Positions 35,325 to 43,784 of a stretch of DNA of 47,858 bases are shown here, piece after piece. The notes beneath the pieces are model-generated. The model worked only from the letters and a program-made list of their open reading frames with translations. It searched no databases and was not told where the DNA came from. Origin of the DNA: an uncultured Rhizobiaceae group bacterium (GTDB lineage: Bacteria; Pseudomonadota; Alphaproteobacteria; Rhizobiales; Rhizobiaceae); assembly GCA_938030595.1 (NCBI GenBank), contig CALHIB010000003.1:1-47858 (forward strand), written 5' to 3'. How positions within the stretch are numbered: the first letter of the stretch is position 1; the number at the start of each line of letters is the position of its first letter. The translations under genes and the position numbers were made by a program.

Positions 35325-35778
35325 GGCGTTCCTAATTTTAGTTTTGGTTTTCAGCATGATCCCGCAAGCTTTTGCGGTCAATCCTGATGAAGTTTTAGAT
35401 AACCCAGTATTGGAGCAACGTGCTCGTGAATTATCTGTCGGCATTCGGTGTCTTGTTTGTCAAAACCAATCAATCGATGATTCTGATGCGCAGCTTGCCC
35501 GAGATTTAAGAATATTGGTCAGAGAGAAATTAGTTGAAGGACTAACAGATGAGCAAATTCTTGACTATCTAGTTGATCGATACGGTGAATTTGTATTGTT
35601 GAAACCAAGACTTACTCTTCAAACCATATTGCTTTGGATATTACCCTTTCTGGCTCTGATAATTGGCGCATTCGTTGCCTATAAAACTTTTGGAAAAGCT
35701 AAACGCAAACCAATATCTGCATCGCAAACTCTCTCGCAAGATGAACAAGAAAAACTTGATAAAATTCTTAGTGAATAG
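35305..35778 (+). CDS. ccmH: Cytochrome c biogenesis protein CcmH (CycL)
   Basis: Signal peptide, the LRCLVCQNQSIDDSDA motif and a C-terminal TM. Confidence 0.9.
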   Translation: MSFPMRKAFLILVLVFSMIPQAFAVNPDEVLDNPVLEQRARELSVGIRCLVCQNQSIDDSDAQLARDLRILVREKLVEGLTDEQILDYLVDRYGEFVLLKPRLTLQTILLWILPFLALIIGAFVAYKTFGKAKRKPISASQTLSQDEQEKLDKILSE

Positions 35779-35833
35779 CTTGTAGTATTTTTCTTTCAGA
35801 GTAACCTGTTCCTGCAAACAAAGGAGCACGAGA

Positions 35834-37063
35834 ATGAATAGCACTACTCAGCGGGTCGATTTTGATGGTAGCCAAGGCGCAAAACTATCAGCAAGACTGG
35901 ATATGCCTGCTGGCGCAATTAAATCTTATGCAATTTTTGCCCATTGCTTTACCTGTTCCAAGGACCTCCATGCAACCAAGAGAATATCCGCAGAGCTTTC
36001 ACGCCAAGGCATCGCTGTGTTACGATTTGATTTTACAGGGCTCGGTAATAGTAAAGGTGATTTTGCTTCAACCAATTTTTCATCCAATCGTGAAGATTTA
36101 ATTGTCGCTGCTGATTATTTAAGAGAAAATTTTGAAGCGCCCAGTCTTTTGATAGGGCATTCTTTGGGTGGTGCCGCAGTGCTTTCGATTGCCGAAGAAA
36201 TTCCAGAGGTGAGCGCCGTAGCAACGATTGGCGCACCATCAGAAGCAAAACACGTTGTTCACAATTTCGGCGTCAAGATTGATGAGATTCAGGATGCTGG
36301 CGAAGCAACTGTCTCATTAGGAGGTAGAGACTTTTCTATCAGAAAACAGTTTCTTGATGATCTTGAAGCAAATGATGTTCTTGAAAAAGTTTCTCGCCTG
36401 AAGAAGCCATTATTGGTTTTACATTCTCCCATTGATCAGACTGTCGGCATTGAAAATGCTACACAGATTTTTGTTGCCGCCAAACATCCAAAAAGCTTTG
36501 TGTCCCTGGATAATGCAGATCATCTGGTTACCCATGATAAGGATGCGGACTTTGTTGCGTCAATAATTTCGGCATGGGCAATCAGGTATATTTCCGACCA
36601 AACTACATATGTAGATGCAGAGACATCAAACGACGTAATTGTAACCGAGACAGGACTTGGTAAATTCCAGAATAAAATTTCAGCAGGTCAGCATCAATTA
36701 TTAGGCGATGAGCCAAAATCTGTCGGAGGATTGGACAGTGGGCCGTCACCCTATGACTATTTGGCTGCAGCACTTGGTACATGTACTTCCATGACAATGC
36801 GAATGTATGCCGATTTTAAAAAATTCGATGTTGGAAAAATTTCCGTCGCAGTTTCACATAAGAAAATTCATGCAAAAGACTGCCAAGAGTGCACCGATGA
36901 AGAGCGTGCAGGTGGTGGGAAAATTGATGTCTTTGAGCGAAAAATAGAAGTTGAAGGGCTGGATGATCCGGAACTGTCAGAAAAACTACTGAAAATCGCT
37001 GATAAATGCCCGGTTCATAAAACACTTGAAAATGGCGCCAAGGTAGAAACGAACATTAAATAA
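35834..37063 (+). CDS. Fusion protein: alpha/beta hydrolase domain plus OsmC/Ohr-family domain
   Basis: The N-terminal half has the nucleophile elbow GHSLGG. The C-terminal 140 aa (GLDSGPSPYDYLAAALGTCTSMTMRMYA...CPVHKTL) is OsmC-like. AAGGAG RBS. Confidence 0.85.
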   Translation: MNSTTQRVDFDGSQGAKLSARLDMPAGAIKSYAIFAHCFTCSKDLHATKRISAELSRQGIAVLRFDFTGLGNSKGDFASTNFSSNREDLIVAADYLRENFEAPSLLIGHSLGGAAVLSIAEEIPEVSAVATIGAPSEAKHVVHNFGVKIDEIQDAGEATVSLGGRDFSIRKQFLDDLEANDVLEKVSRLKKPLLVLHSPIDQTVGIENATQIFVAAKHPKSFVSLDNADHLVTHDKDADFVASIISAWAIRYISDQTTYVDAETSNDVIVTETGLGKFQNKISAGQHQLLGDEPKSVGGLDSGPSPYDYLAAALGTCTSMTMRMYADFKKFDVGKISVAVSHKKIHAKDCQECTDEERAGGGKIDVFERKIEVEGLDDPELSEKLLKIADKCPVHKTLENGAKVETNIK

Positions 37064-37171
37064 CATTACAAAAGTTTAATTTAGCGTCCATAAAACTGTA
37101 ATCTGAAAGTTCCTACATAGGGTTCAACAGCAAACGCAAAGTTTGCATGAATTACCTAAGAGGAACTATTT

Positions 37172-38647
37172 ATGACTACAAAATCTACTTCTACAAAACA
37201 TTTTCGTAATGTGTTGCTTGCCTCGGCAATGGCATTTGGTTTCGCGGGTTATGCAGCCGGGCACACAAACTTGCTTTCAATTACTCCCTCATATGCCGAT
37301 GCTGTTAAAGTACAAGCGCCAGCAGCTTTTTCTTTTGGAGACGTAGTGGAAGCTGTCTCACCTGCGGTTGTTAGTGTTCGTGTTGAACAGACAATTCAGC
37401 CTGCAAGTGCAGAAGGTGACTTTCAATTCGATCGTCGTGGCCGTGATTTTCTCGAAAAATTCTTTAACAACAGAGGTGGAAACAAGCGAGATTTCCGCCG
37501 TGGCCAAGCGCCTAGAAAGGGTAATTCGCAAGGTTCCGGTTTCTTTGTGTCAGATGATGGTTACGTCGTGACCAACAATCATGTCATTGAAGGTGGTTCA
37601 AAATTCACGGTTGTATTGTCTGATGGAAAAGAATTGGAAGCATCCTTGATTGGTACTGACCCAAGAACAGATCTTGCAGTTTTAAAAGTCGAGGCTGATG
37701 ACAAGTTCACCTATGTAGACTTTGGTTCAAAACGTCCCCGTACAGGCGATTGGGTTGTGGCTGTTGGTAATCCGTTTGGCCTTGGTGGCACTGTTACTGC
37801 TGGCATTGTTTCTGCACACGGTCGTGATATTGGCGCAAGTCGCTATGATGATTTCATCCAGATTGATGCCGCAGTAAACAAAGGTAACTCCGGTGGGCCA
37901 ACATTTAACCTAAGTGGCGAAGTCATCGGCGTGAACACCGCTATATTCTCGCCATCGGGTGGTAATGTGGGTATTGCGTTCGCTGTCCCTGCCAAGCTCG
38001 CAGATGAAGTTGTAACGGATCTAATTCAAAACGGTTCTGTGACGCGCGGATGGTTGGGCGTGCAAATTCAACCTGTCACACCAGAGATATCGGAATCACT
38101 TGGATTGGAGCTTGCAGAAGGTGCGATTGTCACTTCGCCCCAAGAAGGAAGCCCTGCAGCAGAAGCTGGTATTAAATCTGGCGATGTTATTACAGCAGTT
38201 GATGAAGCAGCCGTAAAAAGTCCCAAGGAACTTGCCCGTGTCATCGCTGGTTATGAACCTGAATCAAAAATTGATCTCAAGGTTTGGCGTGATGATAACT
38301 ATCAGGATATTACCGTTACACTTGGCAAGCTTGAAGAGACACAAGTAGCAACTGCGGTAGCGCCACAAGACGGTAAGAAACGCAACTTAAAACGCCTTGG
38401 TCTTCAACTTGAAGAAACCTCTGATGGAATTGCAGTTCTGGATGTACGTCCAGGCAGTAAAGCTGCAGAAAGGGGCTTGCGTCCAGGAGATGTGATCTTA
38501 TCTATCAATGGTGAAGACGTGGATAACTTCAAGGCATTGCGTGGTGGTATGAAGTCTGCGCGTCAATCAGGCAGAAAATCCGCCTTGCTTGAAGTGCGAC
38601 GTCAAGACCAGACAGTCTTTATCCCGGTTCCTGTAGGACGCGGATAA
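37172..38647 (+). CDS. degP: Periplasmic serine endoprotease DegP/HtrA (Do family) with two PDZ domains
   Basis: Catalytic-triad context TNNHV...DLAVLKV...GNSGGP, followed by two PDZ regions. Confidence 0.95.
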   Translation: MTTKSTSTKHFRNVLLASAMAFGFAGYAAGHTNLLSITPSYADAVKVQAPAAFSFGDVVEAVSPAVVSVRVEQTIQPASAEGDFQFDRRGRDFLEKFFNNRGGNKRDFRRGQAPRKGNSQGSGFFVSDDGYVVTNNHVIEGGSKFTVVLSDGKELEASLIGTDPRTDLAVLKVEADDKFTYVDFGSKRPRTGDWVVAVGNPFGLGGTVTAGIVSAHGRDIGASRYDDFIQIDAAVNKGNSGGPTFNLSGEVIGVNTAIFSPSGGNVGIAFAVPAKLADEVVTDLIQNGSVTRGWLGVQIQPVTPEISESLGLELAEGAIVTSPQEGSPAAEAGIKSGDVITAVDEAAVKSPKELARVIAGYEPESKIDLKVWRDDNYQDITVTLGKLEETQVATAVAPQDGKKRNLKRLGLQLEETSDGIAVLDVRPGSKAAERGLRPGDVILSINGEDVDNFKALRGGMKSARQSGRKSALLEVRRQDQTVFIPVPVGRG

Positions 38648-38652
38648 CTCAT

Positions 38653-38734
38653 ACATCCTTCTTGTTCTCCCCCTCCAAAGAAGGATGTGTCTTGCGGCAG
38701 GCTATTCCCCCAATAGTCTGCCGCTATTTTCTTT
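38653..38734 (+). terminator. Tandem hairpins / intrinsic terminator after degP
   Basis: Hairpin 1: ACATCCTTCTT/AAGAAGGATGT (11 bp, 38653-38688). Hairpin 2: GCGGCAGGCTATT-CCCCC-AATAGTCTGCCGC (13 bp, one mismatch, 38694-38724), followed by TATTTTCTTT. Confidence 0.65.
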
Positions 38735-38766
38735 CCATGACGCATTAATTTGTATAAATTTATTCC

Positions 38767-39453
38767 ATGAAAATATTAATTGTAGAAGATGACGAAGAAG
38801 CAGCAAAATTCCTGATCAAGGGATTTGGCGAAGCTGGCCATAACCCAATCCACGCTGCAGATGGTGAAACAGGTTTGCACCTTGCCAAGACAGAAGATTT
38901 CGATGTTTTGATTTTGGATAGAATGTTGCCAAAACTAGATGGCTTAAGCCTGCTTAAGCAGGTAAGAGCAGAAGATAATCATACACCTGCACTGATATTA
39001 TCCGCGCTTGGTGCGGTTGATGACAGGGTAGAGGGCTTGCGCTCAGGCGGAGATGATTATCTTACTAAACCCTATGCATTTTCAGAGCTTCTAGCGCGGG
39101 TAGAAGTCTTGGCCAAGCGAACTGGCAATGATGACAGTGAAACTACTTTGAAAGTAGGTGAACTGGAACTTGATCGTCTGTCACGTGAAGTGAGCCGTGA
39201 AGGCCAGAAGATACTTCTGCAACCGCGTGAATTCAGATTGCTTGCTTACTTGATGAAAAATGCAGGTACAGTCGTGACAAGAACCATGTTGCTTGAAAAA
39301 GTTTGGGACTATCATTTCGACCCTCAGACCAATGTGATTGATGTTCATATTTCCCGATTGCGTGGCAAGATTGATAAAGACTTTGACGAGCCGATGCTGC
39401 TCACCATCCGTGGGGCAGGTTACAAATTACAAGAACCTGAAAAAGCTGGCTGA
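38767..39453 (+). CDS. OmpR-family response regulator
   Basis: MKILIVEDD...DVLILDRMLPKLDG...GGDDYLTKPYAFSEL, plus a winged-helix C-terminus ...IRGAGYKL. Confidence 0.93.
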   Translation: MKILIVEDDEEAAKFLIKGFGEAGHNPIHAADGETGLHLAKTEDFDVLILDRMLPKLDGLSLLKQVRAEDNHTPALILSALGAVDDRVEGLRSGGDDYLTKPYAFSELLARVEVLAKRTGNDDSETTLKVGELELDRLSREVSREGQKILLQPREFRLLAYLMKNAGTVVTRTMLLEKVWDYHFDPQTNVIDVHISRLRGKIDKDFDEPMLLTIRGAGYKLQEPEKAG

Positions 39454-40838
39454 TGTTATCCAAGCTCTCCTCCCTTCTACGCGTGACAGCTGTAAGGCTT
39501 TCGATAATTTACACTGTTATTTTCGGTGTGTTAGCGATTGGCATTGTGTTTTATATGACGGGTGCAACGGTCAATGTTTTGCGCGAACAATATCAGGCTT
39601 CAATTGATAATGAAGTAACAGGGCTTGCACGAATTTATCGACGTGGTGGTGTCAATCAACTGATACGTACGCTTGATAGAAGAGCGCGAGCGCCAGGTGC
39701 AAATCTCTACGTTGTAACAAATCCACAAGGTCAAATAATTGCTGGTAATGTCCCCCAAATGCAAAGGGGTATTATGCGTAAAATTGGCTGGACCAAACGT
39801 GCTTTTAGATATCAGCGATTTGATGATCAAAGCGATACAGAGCACCGTGCGATCGCGCGTGTTCTGGAAGTTCCAAACGGTATGCGCATACTCGTTGGCC
39901 GTGATGTCAGCGAGTATGAAGATATTACAAAAATTGTTGGCGGCGGTTTTAAGCTTGCCTTGGGTACAATGGTAGCGCTCGGATTGCTCACGTGGTTCTT
40001 TGTTGGTCGTGGTGCGCTAAAGCGGATTGATCAGGTTTCAAAGTCGTCACAACGGATTATGGGAGGTGATAAATCTGAGCGCCTTCCTGTGACGGGAAGT
40101 AATGATGAGTTTGATCGTTTATCCGAAAATCTCAACACCATGCTAGATCAAATCAATCACCTTGATGATGGCGTAAAGCAAATGTCAGATAATATTGCGC
40201 ATGATCTGAAAACACCGATTACGCGATTGCGCAATAAGGCTGAAGAAGCTTTTTCCTTGGAGAAAAAACCGGAAGAACAACAGGAAAAGATTGCTGATAT
40301 TATTGATGACTGTGACAGTATTGTAAAAACCTTCGATGCGCTTTTAATGATTTCTCGTGTCGAGTCTGGTTCAACAGTTGCAAAACTGGAACCTTTAAAG
40401 GCATCAGATATTTTAACCGACGTTTATGAATTGTATGAAGCTTTGGTGGAGGACGATGGTAAACACTTGACCATTGAACTGTCGTTGCCAGATAATTTGA
40501 TGATTAAAGGCAACCGTGAACTACTGTCTCAAGCGATCTCAAACCTGATTGATAACGCCATTAAATATGGTGGAGAACGCATAAGCCTTGTGGGTACTCA
40601 TGCGAGTGACACGCTTGAGATTAGCGTCATTGACAATGGCGCAGGCATTCAGGAAGAAGATAGAACAAGGGTTGTAGAACGATTTGTAAGGCTGGATAAG
40701 TCGCGCAACAAGTCAGGTAATGGTTTGGGATTATCGTTGGTTAAAGCGATTTGTGATATCCACAAGGCAAGCTTGCGGCTTGATGACAATCAACCAGGCT
40801 TGATTGTGTCTATGAAAATTCCTGTTATGGATCAATAA
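39453..40838 (+). CDS. Membrane sensor histidine kinase, partner of 38767..39453
   Basis: Two TM segments plus HAMP. H-box NIAHDLKTPIT, N-box ISNLIDNAIKYG, G-boxes DNGAGI and GNGLGLSLV. Its start overlaps the RR stop. Confidence 0.9.
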   Translation: MLSKLSSLLRVTAVRLSIIYTVIFGVLAIGIVFYMTGATVNVLREQYQASIDNEVTGLARIYRRGGVNQLIRTLDRRARAPGANLYVVTNPQGQIIAGNVPQMQRGIMRKIGWTKRAFRYQRFDDQSDTEHRAIARVLEVPNGMRILVGRDVSEYEDITKIVGGGFKLALGTMVALGLLTWFFVGRGALKRIDQVSKSSQRIMGGDKSERLPVTGSNDEFDRLSENLNTMLDQINHLDDGVKQMSDNIAHDLKTPITRLRNKAEEAFSLEKKPEEQQEKIADIIDDCDSIVKTFDALLMISRVESGSTVAKLEPLKASDILTDVYELYEALVEDDGKHLTIELSLPDNLMIKGNRELLSQAISNLIDNAIKYGGERISLVGTHASDTLEISVIDNGAGIQEEDRTRVVERFVRLDKSRNKSGNGLGLSLVKAICDIHKASLRLDDNQPGLIVSMKIPVMDQ

Positions 40839-40839
40839 G

Positions 40840-43731
40840 ATGAGCAACGAACTTGAATCAATTCCAAAGCCACTTCAAGTGTTTGATGAAGAGAATTATT
40901 CACGATTAATATCCGATATAGCCCAATCATTAGCTCCCCAAAACATTGACCATGAAGGTTTTATTCAATTCCTTGCAAAGGTTTCACAGCTCTCACCCTA
41001 CCTCAAGGATTGTATTTTTAAAGAAGCAGATTTTCTAAGCAGTTTGTTTGAACACGGCTATGAAGTAAGCGCCCAAAACATTTTGGATGAAGCGGCTTCA
41101 TTGGGTTTGAACATACAAGACGAAGCTGAATTCATGGTCAGTATTCGCGTTGCAAAAAGAAGGTTGGCGCTTTTATGCGGGCTTGCTGATTTAGGCGAGT
41201 GGTGGAATGGAGACCGTGTCACAACAGCACTCTCTAGCTTTGCAAGGGTGGCCTTATCAGCGAGTCTGGATTTTGTTTTATTACAAAATCATAATCAGGA
41301 AAAACTAGTCTTGGAAAACCCGGATAAGCCACAAGAAGAATGTGGTTTCATTATTTTGGGCATGGGCAAGTTTGGTGCAAATGAGCTAAATTACTCTAGC
41401 GATATTGATCTGATTTTTATCTTCGATGACGCTGCAAAAGTTACGCTGAATACTGATGACCCTGTTAGCCTCTTGTCGCGCATGGCCAAGCAATTGATTA
41501 AATTGATGCAAGAGCGTACCGGCGATGGATATGTATTTCGCATGGACATACGCTTGCGTCCTGACCCTTCCTCAACCCCCCTCGTGATACCCCTTGTTGC
41601 TGCTTTGAATTATTACGAAGGCCAGGGGCAGAATTGGGAACGTGCGGCCATGATCAAGGCACGTGCTGTTGCGGGTGATATAAAAGCAGGTGAAGCTTTT
41701 TTGGCAGAGCTGTCGCCATTTATCTGGCGCAAGTATCTGGATTTTGCAGCCATCAACGATGTGCAATCTATCAAGCGGCAAATTCACGCTCATAAAGGCC
41801 ATGGTGAAATTGCTGTGCATGGACACAACATAAAGTTGGGGCGTGGCGGTATTCGCGAAATAGAATTTTTTGCGCAGACACAGCAATTAATAGCTGGCGG
41901 GCGCAACATACTCTTGCGTGAAAATGAAACAATTGCGGCACTTCAAGCTTTGAAAGAAAGTAACTGGATTGAAGAAACTGCAGTCTTAGAATTAACACAA
42001 GCTTATTGGTTCTTGCGTGACGTCGAGCATCGTTTGCAGATGGTGAATGATGCTCAAACTCATATTTTGCCAGAGACAAAAGAAGATCTTAAACGCATAG
42101 CTTTCATGTCGGGTGAAGCAGATGTAGAGCAGTTTTCAAAAGCCATCCGATTTACATTGGAAATAGTTGAGAAACATTATTCAGAACTTTTCGAGGCAGC
42201 AGAAAATCTGAGTAGTGATACAGGTAATTTGGTTTTTACCGGTGATGATGAAGACCCGGAAACACTCAATACATTAAAAGAAATGGGTTTTGATCGCCCT
42301 AGCGAAATCATGAAAATCGTAAAGGCTTGGCACAAGGCAAAAATACCTGCGCTAAGAGCAACGCAAGCGCGTGAACTACTAACCGAACTTGTACCAGACT
42401 TGTTAAAATCATTTTCAACAGCAAGCAATCCGGACGAAGTGGTGTTTACCTTTGATCGCTTTTTGTCTGGCCTTCCCGCCGGTATTCAGTTGTTTTCAAT
42501 TTTGAAAAACAATTCAGGCCTTTCAAAGCTCCTCATAAACATCCTTAGTGCGGCGCCACGCTTGGCTAATCAGATTTCACAAAAACCCCATGTCTTTGAT
42601 TCCATGATCGATCCGCAATTTGCAGAAGGTGCATTGTCCAAGGAAACACTCAGTGAAATTTTATCTGCAACTTTGAAGCATTCGGATGGATATGAAATTG
42701 CTTTGGATGAAGCACGTCGTTTCTTTGGCCAAACTCAATTCATGATCGGGTGTCAGTTTTTTGCAGGCACATTATCTGCAGGAAAAACGGCAAAGGCATT
42801 TTCCAGTCTGGCCGAAGTGATGATTAATGCCATGCTGGAATTGGTTATCAACGAATTTGCAAAGCGCCACGGAAAAGTCAAAGGAGCAAGAATCTGCATT
42901 CTGGGGATGGGGCGTCTGGGTAGTGAGGAGTTGACGGCTACCTCAGATTTGGACTTGATCTTCCTGTATGATTTTGATGATCAGGTTGAGGCTTCTGATG
43001 GCGAAAAACCACTTGCAACATCGCTATATTTCATAAGACTAATGCAACGCTTTATTTCTGCCATGAGTTCACCTACTGCAGAAGGTAAACTCTTTGAACT
43101 TGATTTCAGATTGCGCCCCTCTGGCAATGCAGGGCCTTTGGCGACCCATGTTGGTGGCTTTATGCGATATCAAAAAGAAGATGCCTGGGTCTGGGAGGCG
43201 CAATCGCTTACACGTGCAAGGGCTGTGGCAGGTAATGCGGGTTTATGCCGTGAAGTTGAGCAGGAAATACCCAACATTCTTTCCATCCATCAAAAGCGTG
43301 AAGGGCTTGAAAAGGAAATTTTTGATATGCGCAAGCGTATTGAAAAAGAGAAAGGATCCAAAAATGTTTGGGCGGTTAAAAGTGTTGCCGGCGGCCTTCT
43401 TGATGTTGAGTTTATTGCACAATGGCTGGCTATCAAGAATACGAATATTGGAAAAACCGGCACAAGAGATATTCTTCAAAATGCAAAATCTGCTGCGCTT
43501 ACATCATCCATAAGGGATAAATTGCTAGAAGCTTTTGATCTCTATAATATACTTTTGCAGCTCCAGCGCGTCTGTCTGGATGGTGAGTTCGAAGTAAAAA
43601 GTTCTTCTCAGGGATTTATAGAAATTCTCTGTTCCAGTATGGATATGCCAGATTTAACTTCTGCCGAAGCACACTTGAAAACAATGCAAAAAGAAGTTCG
43701 CCAAATTTTTCATTCTCTTTTGAAAACATAA
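40840..43731 (+). CDS. glnE: Bifunctional glutamine synthetase adenylyltransferase/adenylyl-removing enzyme GlnE
   Basis: 963 aa with two nucleotidyltransferase modules (GMGKFGANELNYSSDIDLIF and GMGRLGSEELTATSDLDLIF). Confidence 0.95.
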   Translation: MSNELESIPKPLQVFDEENYSRLISDIAQSLAPQNIDHEGFIQFLAKVSQLSPYLKDCIFKEADFLSSLFEHGYEVSAQNILDEAASLGLNIQDEAEFMVSIRVAKRRLALLCGLADLGEWWNGDRVTTALSSFARVALSASLDFVLLQNHNQEKLVLENPDKPQEECGFIILGMGKFGANELNYSSDIDLIFIFDDAAKVTLNTDDPVSLLSRMAKQLIKLMQERTGDGYVFRMDIRLRPDPSSTPLVIPLVAALNYYEGQGQNWERAAMIKARAVAGDIKAGEAFLAELSPFIWRKYLDFAAINDVQSIKRQIHAHKGHGEIAVHGHNIKLGRGGIREIEFFAQTQQLIAGGRNILLRENETIAALQALKESNWIEETAVLELTQAYWFLRDVEHRLQMVNDAQTHILPETKEDLKRIAFMSGEADVEQFSKAIRFTLEIVEKHYSELFEAAENLSSDTGNLVFTGDDEDPETLNTLKEMGFDRPSEIMKIVKAWHKAKIPALRATQARELLTELVPDLLKSFSTASNPDEVVFTFDRFLSGLPAGIQLFSILKNNSGLSKLLINILSAAPRLANQISQKPHVFDSMIDPQFAEGALSKETLSEILSATLKHSDGYEIALDEARRFFGQTQFMIGCQFFAGTLSAGKTAKAFSSLAEVMINAMLELVINEFAKRHGKVKGARICILGMGRLGSEELTATSDLDLIFLYDFDDQVEASDGEKPLATSLYFIRLMQRFISAMSSPTAEGKLFELDFRLRPSGNAGPLATHVGGFMRYQKEDAWVWEAQSLTRARAVAGNAGLCREVEQEIPNILSIHQKREGLEKEIFDMRKRIEKEKGSKNVWAVKSVAGGLLDVEFIAQWLAIKNTNIGKTGTRDILQNAKSAALTSSIRDKLLEAFDLYNILLQLQRVCLDGEFEVKSSSQGFIEILCSSMDMPDLTSAEAHLKTMQKEVRQIFHSLLKT

Positions 43732-43760
43732 AAAAAACCCCGAACTATAAAAGTTCGGGG
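43731..43760 (-). terminator. Intrinsic terminator for the minus-strand kinase gene (possibly bidirectional with glnE)
   Basis: Perfect 8-bp stem CCCCGAAC/GTTCGGGG with a 7-nt loop. Read on the minus strand it is followed by T8. On the plus strand it is preceded by A8, which overlaps the glnE stop. Confidence 0.8.
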
Positions 43761-43784
43761 CATAGTTGGCAGGGTAAACTGTAA

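Noticed and set aside
37120-37145. Palindrome GCAAAC-gcaaa-GTTTGC upstream of degP, considered as a possible regulatory operator or ECF-sigma promoter.
   Set aside because: It is only a 6-bp stem. I found no recognisable GGAAC-N16/17-CGTT type ECF promoter around it, so the evidence is too weak to call.
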